64,000 bases of DNA, taken from an uncultured Holophagales bacterium (GTDB lineage Bacteria; Acidobacteriota; Thermoanaerobaculia; UBA5066). The translations under genes were made by a program, and so were the position numbers. This document shows, in pieces, positions 1-8,448 of this stretch. The notes beneath the pieces are model-generated. The model saw nothing but the letters and a program-made list of their open reading frames with translations. It did no database searches and was not told the DNA's origin. The DNA is taken from assembly GCA_964561935.1 (NCBI GenBank), contig CAZLQX010000002.1, positions 119,930 through 183,929 of the forward strand, written 5' to 3'. How positions within the stretch are numbered: the stretch's first letter is position 1; each line of letters starts with the position of its first letter.

Positions 1-680
1 GACCCGAGCGGCGCCTCCATGACGTCGTAGTAGTCGCCCCCGGTCTTCTCGGCCGTCTCCTGCCAGGCCGCGAGCCTCAGGCCCGGGCTCTCGGGAAGGC
101 GCTTCGGGCGGAGGTTCTCCTGGATCCTCCGTGCGAGCTCGATCTCGCTCGCCATCCTCAGTCGCTCGCGCTCCCCTTCGAGGAGCCGCTGCGTCTCGAG
201 GGCGAGGGCGGCGTGGGAGCCGAGGGCGCGGAGCGCCTCGGCGTCGTCCGCGTCGAACAGGACGTCCCCCTTCTTGTTCATGGCCTCGATGACGCCGACG
301 ATCGCGCCGGACGGCGTGACGAGCGGAACGCAGAGGATGCTCCGCGTCCGGAAGCCCGTCTTCCGGTCGACGTCCTGCGAGAACCGCGGGTCCTCGTAGG
401 CGTCGGCGATCGCGATCGTCTCGCCGGTTCTGGCGACGATGCCCGCGATCCCGAAGCCGGGCGGGAGCCGAATGTCCGTCGAGTCCTGCGCGACGCGCGT
501 CCAGAGGCTGCCGTCGACCTCGAGGAGGAAGAGGCTCGTCCGGTCCGCGTCGACGAGGCGGCTCGCCGAGGCGACGATGAGCTCGAGGAGGGGCTGGAGC
601 TGCCGCACGCCGGTCATCGCCTGCGCGACCTCGAGGAGCGTGCGGAGGTCCTGGAGCCTCTTCTCGACCGTGGATGCCAT
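1..680 (-). CDS. GAF-domain SpoIIE/PP2C-family (RsbU-like) Ser phosphatase, 3' end truncated by window edge
   Basis: Not in the ORF track. Manual translation from ATG at 680 gives MASTVEKRLQDLRTLLEVAQAM...DAYEDPRFSQDVDRKTGFRTRSILCVPL (GAF), then EIELARRIQENLRP...AAWQETAEKTGGDYYDV (SpoIIE N-terminal ELxxARxIQ and GGDYYD motifs). Confidence 0.85.
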   Translation of the reverse strand, partial: MASTVEKRLQDLRTLLEVAQAMTGVRQLQPLLELIVASASRLVDADRTSLFLLEVDGSLWTRVAQDSTDIRLPPGFGIAGIVARTGETIAIADAYEDPRFSQDVDRKTGFRTRSILCVPLVTPSGAIVGVIEAMNKKGDVLFDADDAEALRALGSHAALALETQRLLEGERERLRMASEIELARRIQENLRPKRLPESPGLRLAAWQETAEKTGGDYYDVMEAPLG

Positions 681-726
681 CGGTGCGCGCGACATGTTAC
701 TTTCGCCGGTCGGGGGTTTGGACCGC

Positions 727-2988
727 ATGATCGACACGGTGAAGCGAATCCTGACCGGAGCCCGGGGGGCGGGACGGAGCGCCCTCCTCGAGCACGAGGT
801 CTACGAGATCCTGGCGGCCGCGGGGCTCGACGTCCCGCGGTTCGCGTTCTGGGACGGGGAGCCGGCGGGCGAGGCGCCGGCCGCCGTCGCCGCGCTCCTG
901 GCCTCAGGGACGGCCGAGGTCGTCCTGAAGATCGTCTCGCCCCGGATCCTCCACAAGTCGGACGTCGGCGGGGTCGCGATCGTGGCCGCCGAGCCGGCGG
1001 CCGTCGCTGCGGCGGCCCGGAAGGTCTGGGACGACGTGGGACGGCGGATGCCGGAGGCGACGCGCGCGGGCGTCCTCGTCGTGGAGAAGGTGAAGACGAA
1101 AGGGGGCTCCCCGGCCTCCGAGACCCTCCTTTCCCTCAAGCAGGACCCGGCCTTCGGGCCGGTCCTCGTCCTCGGCCTCGGCGGAGTCCTGACGGAATGG
1201 TTCGGGGCCGCCACGGGAGGGACCTCGACGGTCGTCCTTCAGCCCGGCCGGGTCCGCGAAGGGCTCGAGCGGGCGGTCGCGACGCGGCCGGCTGCCGCGC
1301 TCCTCTTCAAGCCGAGCCGCCTCCACGATCGGGCCCCGCTCGACCTCGCCGCCACGGCGGAACGGCTCGAGAAGCTGGGCGCCGTCGCGACGGCGTTCGG
1401 AGAGGGAGCCCAGGCCGGCGAGGCCGACCCCATCACGCTCGAGGAGCTGGAGGTCAACCCGCTCCTCCTCGCCGCCGACGGGCGCTGGATCGCCGTCGAC
1501 GGGAAGGGGAGCCTGGGCCGCTCGACGGCGACGCTCCCGAAGCGGCCGCTCCGGAAGGTGAAGAACCTCCTCGAGCCGAAGTCGGCCGCCGTCCTCGGCG
1601 CCTCCGCGACGGCGATGAACCCGGGCCGGATCATCCTCCGGAACCTGAAGCTCTCCGAGGGGGTCCGCTACGGACACATCTGGGCGGTCCACCCGAAGGA
1701 GGAGGCGATCGACGGCATCCCGTGCGTGAAGACGGTCGCCGAGCTGCCGCAGAAGGTCGACGTCGCGGTCGTCTCGATCCCGGCGGAGGGGGCGCGCGAC
1801 GCGATCCGCGCGCTCTGCGAGACGGGAAAGGCGGAGTCGATCATCCTGATCCCGGGCGGCTTCGCGGAGACCGGGAAGAAGGCGCTCGAGGAGGAGATCG
1901 TCTCGATCCTCCGCGCCTCGCGCTCCCGGGCCGACGAGGGGCCGGTCCTCGTCGGCGGGAACTGCCTCGGGATCGTCTCGAAGCACCAGTACAACACGTT
2001 CTTCCTGCCGCAGTACAAGCTGCCGTTCCACGACGCACCGGGCGACCGGCTCCTGGCCGTCAGCCAGAGCGGCGCCTACCTCGTCTCGCTCACGTCGAAC
2101 CTGGACGGGATCATCTTCCCGAAGGCGTCGATCTCGTACGGCAACCAGATGGACCTGACGATCTCCGACTTCCTCGAGGCGGCTCTCGAGGATGACGGGG
2201 TGGACGTCGTGGCCTGCTACGTCGAGGGGTTCAAGCCGCTCGACGGGACGCGCTTCGTCGACCTCGCGCGGCGCCTGCGCGAGAAGGGGAAGAGGGTCCT
2301 CGCGTTCAAGGCGGGGAAGACGCCGCTGGCCGCGAAGGCGACGCAGAGCCACACCGCCTCTCTCGCGGGGGACTACGCGGTCGCCGAGGCCCTCATGAAG
2401 GGGGCCGGCATCGTCGTCGCCGAGACCCTCGACATGCTCGAGGACTACACGAAGGCGTTCACGATGCTCTACGACCGGCTCCCGCGCGGGAACCGGGTCG
2501 CAGTCCTCTCGAACGCCGGGTTCGAGTGCTCCTCGGTCCTCGACAAGCTCTACGGCCTCGTCCCGGCGCCTCTGACCGACGAGACGAAGGCGAAGCTCGA
2601 GGCCTGCCTGCCCGGCGTCGGCCACGCGGGGAACCCCGCGGACGCCACGCCGATGGCGACGACGGCGCAGTTCGTCGCCGCCGCGCAGGCGATGGTCGAC
2701 GACCCGAACGTCGACCTCCTCCTCGTCTCGCCCGTCCCGGTCACGCCCGCCCTCGACAATCTCGCGCCCGACCTCTCCGGCACGCACCGCGAGAACATCC
2801 ACTCGCCCGGCTCGCTCCCGAACGGCCTCCTGGAACTCTTCCGGGGGACGACGAAGCCGGTCGCCGTCGCGGTCGACTCGGGGCGCCTCTACGACGACTT
2901 CGTCTTCGTCCTCCAGCGGGGCGGCATCCCCGTCTGGCGGAAGATCGACCGCGCCTCCCGCGCGCTCTCGGCGCTCGCCACGCTCTGA
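727..2988 (+). CDS. ADP-forming acyl-CoA synthetase (acetate--CoA ligase family), ATP-grasp (beta) domain fused N-terminal to CoA-binding/ligase (alpha) domains
   Basis: Motifs LLEHEVYEILAAAGLDVP, LKIVSPRILHKSDVGGV, LEELEVNPL, SAAVLGAS, GPVLVGGNCLG, VSQSGA, SYGNQMDL, SHTASLAG (phospho-His), GNPAD; start set at ATG 727. Confidence 0.85.
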   Translation: MIDTVKRILTGARGAGRSALLEHEVYEILAAAGLDVPRFAFWDGEPAGEAPAAVAALLASGTAEVVLKIVSPRILHKSDVGGVAIVAAEPAAVAAAARKVWDDVGRRMPEATRAGVLVVEKVKTKGGSPASETLLSLKQDPAFGPVLVLGLGGVLTEWFGAATGGTSTVVLQPGRVREGLERAVATRPAAALLFKPSRLHDRAPLDLAATAERLEKLGAVATAFGEGAQAGEADPITLEELEVNPLLLAADGRWIAVDGKGSLGRSTATLPKRPLRKVKNLLEPKSAAVLGASATAMNPGRIILRNLKLSEGVRYGHIWAVHPKEEAIDGIPCVKTVAELPQKVDVAVVSIPAEGARDAIRALCETGKAESIILIPGGFAETGKKALEEEIVSILRASRSRADEGPVLVGGNCLGIVSKHQYNTFFLPQYKLPFHDAPGDRLLAVSQSGAYLVSLTSNLDGIIFPKASISYGNQMDLTISDFLEAALEDDGVDVVACYVEGFKPLDGTRFVDLARRLREKGKRVLAFKAGKTPLAAKATQSHTASLAGDYAVAEALMKGAGIVVAETLDMLEDYTKAFTMLYDRLPRGNRVAVLSNAGFECSSVLDKLYGLVPAPLTDETKAKLEACLPGVGHAGNPADATPMATTAQFVAAAQAMVDDPNVDLLLVSPVPVTPALDNLAPDLSGTHRENIHSPGSLPNGLLELFRGTTKPVAVAVDSGRLYDDFVFVLQRGGIPVWRKIDRASRALSALATL

Positions 2989-3008
2989 CCGGCGGACACG
3001 AAGAGGGA

Positions 3009-3043
3009 AAGGCCCCGGACGGCGTCTTGCCGTCCGGGGCCTT
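3009..3043. terminator. GC-rich 15-bp hairpin between convergent genes (probable bidirectional terminator)
   Basis: aaggccccggacggc-gtctt-gccgtccggggcctt, perfect inverted repeat between stops at 2988 and 3070. Confidence 0.7.
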
Positions 3044-3069
3044 CGTCTCTTCCGCGGGACGGTCGCGAC

Positions 3070-4488
3070 TCAGAGGCCGTAGTAGAGCTCGATCTCGTAC
3101 GGGTGCGGGCGGTTCCGCACCTCACGGTCCTCGGTCCGCTTCTTCTTCGCCCAGCGCTCGAGGAGGTCGTCGTTGAAGACGCCCCCCTCGAGGAGGAACG
3201 CGCGGTCGGCCTCGAGCGCCTCCATGGCCGCCTCGAGCGAGGTCGGGAGCGCCTTGATCGTGGACCGCTTCTCGGCGTCCCAGGAGAAGATGTCGTCGTC
3301 GAGAGGGCCGAAACCGAGCGCGGTCGGGTCGAGCCCCTTCCGGATGCCGTCGATTCCGGCGAGGAGCTGCGCGGCGATCGCAAGGTAGCCGTTCGCTGTC
3401 GCGTCGGGGGGGCGGAACTCGAAGCGGGCGTTGTCGGGACGGTTCGCGTACTTCGGGATCCGGATCGCCGCGCTCCGGTTGCCGAGCGAGAAGATGGCGC
3501 TGATCGGCGCCTCGTAGCCCGGGACGAGGCGGCGGTAGGAGTTCGTCGAGGGGTTCGTGAACGCCATGACGGCGCCGCCGTGCTGAAGGAGTCCGGCGAT
3601 GTACGCGCGCTCCGCGGCGCTGGAGGAGCCGTAGCCCTGCGCGTCGTAGAAGAGGTTCTTTCCCCCCTTCATGAGGCGCTGGTGGAAGTGCATCCCCGAT
3701 CCCGCCTCGCCATAGAGCGGTTTCGGCATGAAGGTCGCGGTCAGGCCGAGCTGCGTCGCCGTCATCCGCGTGACGTACTTGACGATCATGATGGCGTCGG
3801 CCGCCTTCATCATCGGCAGGATCGGAATCTCGATTTCGCACTGGCCGGGGCCGCCCACCTCGTGGTGGTGGTACTTCACGTCGACGCCCATCTGCGCGAG
3901 GTGTTTGCAGACGCGCGTCCGGAAGTTGAAGAGGCGGTCCTGCGGCGGGATCGCGTGGTAGCCGCCGTGCCTCGGGATGTTGTAGCCGGTGCCGAGCTCG
4001 TGAGAGTTCCAGTCCCCCTCGGACGACTGCACGCGGTAGGAGGCGACGTTCATCCCGTTCTCGTACGAGACGCCGTCGAAGACGTAGAACTCGAACTCCG
4101 GGCCCCAGAAGCTCTCGTCGGCGACGCCGCTCGCCCGGAGGAACTCCTCGGCCCGGCGGGCGATGGAGCGCGGATCGTACGGAAAGAGCGCCCGCGTGTC
4201 GGCCTCGAGCGTCGTGCAGATGAACGACAGCGTCGGGACCTCCCAGAACGGGTCGAGGAAGCCCGTACCGAGGTCGGGGACGAGGGCCATATCGCCCGAG
4301 CTGACCGACTTGAAGCCGACGCTCGAGCCGTCGAACCCGACGCCCTTCTCCATGAGGGCGGGGGTGAAACCGGAGGCGGGGATCGTGACGTGGTGCCAAC
4401 GGCCCCACAGGTCGCAGAACTTCAGGTCCACCATCTCGACGGACCGCTTCTCGACGAAGGACTTCGCCTCGCTGAAGTCGCTGAACAT
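3070..4488 (-). CDS. glnA: Glutamine synthetase type I
   Basis: DLKFCDLWGRWHH, FDGSSV, GPEFEFYVFD, HHHEVG, TATFMPKP, GSGMHFHQ, FTNPSTNSYRRLVPGYEAP, NRSAAIRIP, RFEFRPPD; start ATG 4488. Confidence 0.97.
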   Translation of the reverse strand: MFSDFSEAKSFVEKRSVEMVDLKFCDLWGRWHHVTIPASGFTPALMEKGVGFDGSSVGFKSVSSGDMALVPDLGTGFLDPFWEVPTLSFICTTLEADTRALFPYDPRSIARRAEEFLRASGVADESFWGPEFEFYVFDGVSYENGMNVASYRVQSSEGDWNSHELGTGYNIPRHGGYHAIPPQDRLFNFRTRVCKHLAQMGVDVKYHHHEVGGPGQCEIEIPILPMMKAADAIMIVKYVTRMTATQLGLTATFMPKPLYGEAGSGMHFHQRLMKGGKNLFYDAQGYGSSSAAERAYIAGLLQHGGAVMAFTNPSTNSYRRLVPGYEAPISAIFSLGNRSAAIRIPKYANRPDNARFEFRPPDATANGYLAIAAQLLAGIDGIRKGLDPTALGFGPLDDDIFSWDAEKRSTIKALPTSLEAAMEALEADRAFLLEGGVFNDDLLERWAKKKRTEDREVRNRPHPYEIELYYGL

Positions 4489-4657
4489 GACGGGTCTCTC
4501 TCCCTTCGGCCCGCCGCGTACCCCGCCGCGGCGCGGCCGGTCATGGTACCGCCGGAGGAGGCGGGATGTCTTCCCGGTCCGTTCCGGGCAGGCCCGGGAC
4601 CGACTGCTACGATCTCCCTTTCGGAGTCCCCGGGGCCGGGGACCCGCGGAGGAGACG

Positions 4658-5047
4658 ATGCCGATGGAGATGAGGTTCCCCGGAGGTGTGGCGGTCGAGG
4701 CCCACCACGCGGGTATGACGATGCACACGGACCAGCCGGTGAAGGCCGGAGGAGGCGGAAGAGCGCCAGCTCCGTTCGACCTGTTCCTCGCCTCGATCGG
4801 AACCTGCGCCGGCTTCTACGCGCTCCGGTTCTGCCAGGAACGCCACATCCCGACCGACGATCTCGCGATGACGATGGACTGGGAGCGCTCCCCGGAGACG
4901 AAGCTCATCACGCGGATCCGGATCGACGTGAAGCTCCCGACCGCCTTTCCCGAGAAGTACCGCGGGGCGATCCTCCGGGCGATCGACCAGTGCGCCGTCA
5001 AGAAGCACCTCGTCGAGCCTCCGAAGATCGAGGTCGCGACCGTCTGA
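4658..5047 (+). CDS. OsmC/YcaO-like OsmC family protein
   Basis: MHTDQP...GGGGRAPAPFDLFLASIGTCAGFY...IDQCAVKKHL (two conserved Cys); SD GGAGGAG upstream. Confidence 0.85.
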   Translation: MPMEMRFPGGVAVEAHHAGMTMHTDQPVKAGGGGRAPAPFDLFLASIGTCAGFYALRFCQERHIPTDDLAMTMDWERSPETKLITRIRIDVKLPTAFPEKYRGAILRAIDQCAVKKHLVEPPKIEVATV

Positions 5048-5048
5048 C

Positions 5049-5630
5049 TCAGGGCCGCGCGATGAGACGCCTCATCGTCCCGCTCGCGCGGCGCGACCCC
5101 TCCTCGACGCGGAATCCCGCCGCCCGCACCGTCGCCTCCGTGTCCCGGTTCGGCCGGCAGCCGCCGGTGAACCGGGTCCAGAGAGGCTGAGCGAGGTCCT
5201 GCAGGGACGCGTGCCAGCCGGTCGTCGCGCGGACGTGCTCGAGGACTCTCAGCGTCCCGCCCGGCGCGAGCACCCGCCGCAGCTCGCCGAGCGCCTGCTG
5301 CGGGTCCTCGACGGAGCAGAGGACGAGCCCGGAGACGGCTGTGTCGAAGGCGCCGTTCCGGAAGGGGAGCCGCTCCGCCACGCCGAGGACGAGCGGCACC
5401 CCGGATGCCCGGCGGCGGGCCGCCCGCAGGTTCTCGATGCAGGGGTCGATGCCCGTCGCCTTCGCTCGCCGGTCGTAGAGCGGGAAGCTGCGGCCCGTTC
5501 CGCAGCCGAGGTCGAGGACGCGGCCGGTGGCCCCTGCCGCGAGCCATCGTCGCCAACGGCCGAGTCCGGTTGCCTCGAGGAGGGCGAGCCCGGCGTCGTA
5601 GAGGAACGGGACCTGCTCGACCCCCCTCAT
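5049..5630 (-). CDS. Class I SAM-dependent methyltransferase
   Basis: VLDLGCGTG, AERLPFRNGAFDTAV, LRRVLAPGGTLRVLEH, FTGGCRPNRDT. Confidence 0.85.
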   Translation of the reverse strand: MRGVEQVPFLYDAGLALLEATGLGRWRRWLAAGATGRVLDLGCGTGRSFPLYDRRAKATGIDPCIENLRAARRRASGVPLVLGVAERLPFRNGAFDTAVSGLVLCSVEDPQQALGELRRVLAPGGTLRVLEHVRATTGWHASLQDLAQPLWTRFTGGCRPNRDTEATVRAAGFRVEEGSRRASGTMRRLIARP

Positions 5631-5694
5631 CCGGTCAACAGGGCTGCCAAGGTCCTGCGGACGGACCCATCGTCGCCGCGACGGGATCGTCGCG

Positions 5695-6183
5695 TCACGA
5701 GAGCCTCTCGAACACCCCGAGTCCCCGGTTCTTCCGGACGTCGTTCCACGGGAAGTACATGCCGTTCATCGCGACGTAGACGCCGTGAGGAAGGACCTGG
5801 ACGAACGAGAGGGCGCTCCCGAGGTTGAAGAGCCCGTCCGAGCTCCCGAAGGCGTACGGGATCATGGCACCGGTGAGGACGATCGTCTTCGGGAGCCCCG
5901 CGGCGCCGAGGACCTTCGCCGTCTCGGCCATCGTGTCGGTCCCGTGCGTGACGACGATCTGGTCCTCCTCCGACTTCCGGCAGACCTCCTTGACGATCTC
6001 CCGGTCGGAGTCGGTCATCTCGAGGCTGTCGACCATCATGACAGTCCGGACGCGCGTCTCGAGCCGGCAGCGCCCGAGCTTCAGCATCTCGTGGACGTGG
6101 GTGTCGTGGAAGTAGAGCCGGCCCGCCAGCTCGTCGTAGTCCTTGTCGAACGTGCCGCCGGTGATGAGGAGCTTGATGGCCAT
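5695..6183 (-). CDS. Asparaginase N-terminal-domain-only protein
   Basis: ITGGTFDK and VTHGTDTM catalytic Thr motifs, IVLTGAMIP; only 162 aa. Confidence 0.85.
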   Translation of the reverse strand: MAIKLLITGGTFDKDYDELAGRLYFHDTHVHEMLKLGRCRLETRVRTVMMVDSLEMTDSDREIVKEVCRKSEEDQIVVTHGTDTMAETAKVLGAAGLPKTIVLTGAMIPYAFGSSDGLFNLGSALSFVQVLPHGVYVAMNGMYFPWNDVRKNRGLGVFERLS

Positions 6184-6340
6184 CGGGACCCCCGGCCCCG
6201 ATGATAGCGAGGCGGTCGCGGGCAACGGGGCCGGCGGGGTCCTGTTTTTTCTTGAAGCGACCCGGGAACTCCGCTACGTTCGGGTGTCGCCGGAAAGAGG
6301 ACGGAAGCTGGGGGCCCGGGGCCCCGGAGGGTGTGAGCAC

Positions 6341-7207
6341 ATGAAGACGGGGAAGGCGGTCGTCGCGCTGATCGGGCTCCTTGCCCTCGCGTCCCCTCCC
6401 GCGGACGCGCAAGGGAAGGCCGGGACTTCCGTGAAGAAGTTCAAGTTCCGCGGGGGGAAGATCGAGACGGGGATGCTCTACACCTACGTCCGGTCGGACC
6501 TCAACGCGACGAAGACGGGGAGCGTCCTCGTCTACGTCCCCGACAAGCGCCGCGTCGAGATCCTGAAGGTCACGCCGGGCCAGGACGGGGCGGTACTCCT
6601 GACCGGCGAGATGAACTGGGACGCCTTCACGCTCAGGAGCTTCGAGCTCTGGCGCGAGGGGAGGGACGGGGGCCGGCGACGCCTCGCGACGGGGAGCTTC
6701 TCGGAGGACGCCTTCACGATGACGGTGGAGGACCCCTCCCTCTACAGGGGCTCGCAGGGGGCGGCGACCTTCTCGGTGCCTCTTCCGCACGTCCCGGCAC
6801 ACATCTACAGCCTCGACTTCGTGACGCTCGGCCTCGCGATGCGCCACTTCGCGGATCCGGCGGGCTCCGCCGAGATCGGGGTCCTCACCGAGAACCTCGG
6901 CGTCGGGCCGGAAAGCCCGAATTTCATCGTCCCGGCGGGGAAAGTGAAAATCGCCTACGTCGAAGAAGTCGACCGGGACGGAATCCCCTGTCTGAAGTAC
7001 CAGGTGACCGGGCCCGCCCTGGGCGACCAGGAAGGGCTGATCTGGCTCCACCAGGAAAAGGGGTACATCCAGGACGCCGAGATCCCGGTTCCCTCCAGCC
7101 CGGACTGGCCCGACGTGAAGATCACGCTCCGAAGCGCGGAGAAGGTGTCGGAGGGGGACTGGCCGATCCGTCGGAGCCTCGAGATCTCGACCGCCACCGG
7201 TCGCTAG
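6341..7207 (+). CDS. Hypothetical secreted protein
   Basis: GGAGG SD; signal-peptide-like MKTGKAVVALIGLLALASPPADA; codon usage typical of the window; no family recognised. Confidence 0.7.
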   Translation: MKTGKAVVALIGLLALASPPADAQGKAGTSVKKFKFRGGKIETGMLYTYVRSDLNATKTGSVLVYVPDKRRVEILKVTPGQDGAVLLTGEMNWDAFTLRSFELWREGRDGGRRRLATGSFSEDAFTMTVEDPSLYRGSQGAATFSVPLPHVPAHIYSLDFVTLGLAMRHFADPAGSAEIGVLTENLGVGPESPNFIVPAGKVKIAYVEEVDRDGIPCLKYQVTGPALGDQEGLIWLHQEKGYIQDAEIPVPSSPDWPDVKITLRSAEKVSEGDWPIRRSLEISTATGR

Positions 7208-7230
7208 GGGAGGCCCTCCGGAGTCTGCCG

Positions 7231-7262
7231 ACGCCCCCGCCGACCCGCCGTCGCGGGGGCGT
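7231..7262. terminator. Hairpin between convergent genes
   Basis: acgccccc-gccgac-ccgcc-gtcg-c-gggggcgt imperfect inverted repeat between stops at 7207 and 7290. Confidence 0.5.
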
Positions 7263-7289
7263 GCCCGTCCTCGCGCGGCGGCCCGGGCC

Positions 7290-8447
7290 TCAGCCTTCCC
7301 TCGCCCGCCACGAGTCGTGGTAGTAGGGCTCCTCGAGGGCGAGCGCCTGCCTCGTGAGCCGCAGCGGCAGGAAAGTGTCGACCATGACCGCGAGCTCGTC
7401 CGTCGAGCGCGTCCCGATCGAGGCCTCGTAGGCCCCCGGATGCGGACCGTGCGGGATGCCGGCCGGATGGAGGGACAGCGCCTTCGGCCCGACGCCGCGT
7501 CGGCTCGTGAAGTTGCCGCGAACGTAGTAGATGAGCTCGTCGCAGTCGACGGAAGAGTGGGGGTACGGGCAGGGGATCGCCTCGGGATGGAAGTCCGTCA
7601 CGCGCGGGACGAAGGAGCAGACGAGGGCGCCCCGCGCCGCGAACGTCGCGTGGATCGTCGGGGGGAGGTGGACGAGACCGGTCTTCGGCTGGAACGCGAG
7701 GATCGGGAAGGCGAAAGGCCAGACGGTCCCGTCCCAGCCCACGACGTCGAAGGGGGACGCGGCCGGCTCGCGGAGGACGAAGCGATCCCCCCTCTTCACG
7801 AGGACGCGCTCGGGCCCTGGGCGCGTGCCGCGGAAGTCGGGGCGCCGGAAGTCCCGGTGCGTGTAGGGGGCGTCCATTCGGAGCTGGCCGACCGGGTTGC
7901 GGTACTGCAGGGGAACGTGGAGCCCGCCGCGGAGCTCGAACGCGATGCCCGTGAGCCGCTCCCCGATCCGCCAGCGGTGGACGACGCCCCGCGGGACGAG
8001 GACGTAGTCGCCCTCGACGACCGGGAGGTCGCCGAAGGGAGTCTCGAGCGTCGCCGACCCGGAGAAGACGTAGAGCAGGTCGTCGCCGTCGCCGTTTGCG
8101 AAGCCGGTCGCAGTCGGACCCCCGGCAGGGAGGTCGAACAGCGAGACGACGACGTCGGCGTTCCCACAGACGGGAGTCCACCCTTCCGGAGCCCCCTCCC
8201 CGAGCACGAGACGCCTCCGGAGCGGCTGGTCGTCGGCCCAAACGGGAACCGCCCGGTCGAGGGGACCCGGCTCGGCGGGCCCGATCGACCGGTCCGTCAT
8301 CGGCGGGCCCTCGTGGTAGAGGATCGAGAACTCGCCGTCGAAGCCCTGACGGGTGAAGCACTCCTCCTGGTAAAGGGCTCCGGAGGGGGAGCGGAAGGCG
8401 GTGTGGGGCTTGCCCGGCACCGCGCCGAGCTGCATTCGGTCGATCAT
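7290..8447 (-). CDS. hmgA: Homogentisate 1,2-dioxygenase
   Basis: GFDGEFSILYH, NGDGDDLLYV, HLPPTIHATF, CSFVPR, PYPHSSVDCDELIYY, LHPAGIPHGP, TDELAVMVDTF. Confidence 0.92.
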   Translation of the reverse strand: MIDRMQLGAVPGKPHTAFRSPSGALYQEECFTRQGFDGEFSILYHEGPPMTDRSIGPAEPGPLDRAVPVWADDQPLRRRLVLGEGAPEGWTPVCGNADVVVSLFDLPAGGPTATGFANGDGDDLLYVFSGSATLETPFGDLPVVEGDYVLVPRGVVHRWRIGERLTGIAFELRGGLHVPLQYRNPVGQLRMDAPYTHRDFRRPDFRGTRPGPERVLVKRGDRFVLREPAASPFDVVGWDGTVWPFAFPILAFQPKTGLVHLPPTIHATFAARGALVCSFVPRVTDFHPEAIPCPYPHSSVDCDELIYYVRGNFTSRRGVGPKALSLHPAGIPHGPHPGAYEASIGTRSTDELAVMVDTFLPLRLTRQALALEEPYYHDSWRAREG

Positions 8448-8448
8448 G

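Noticed and set aside
4489-4657. sigma54 promoter or glnA riboswitch upstream of glnA
   Set aside because: No TGGCAC-N5-TTGC motif or recognisable riboswitch structure was seen.
4489-4728. Long N-terminal extensions in the ORF track (glnA, ptsI, recJ, rapZ, gmk, yicC, msbA, cmk, trpS, udg and others)
   Set aside because: The extensions are low-complexity and overlap upstream genes. Family homology and stop/start overlaps support the shorter starts used.
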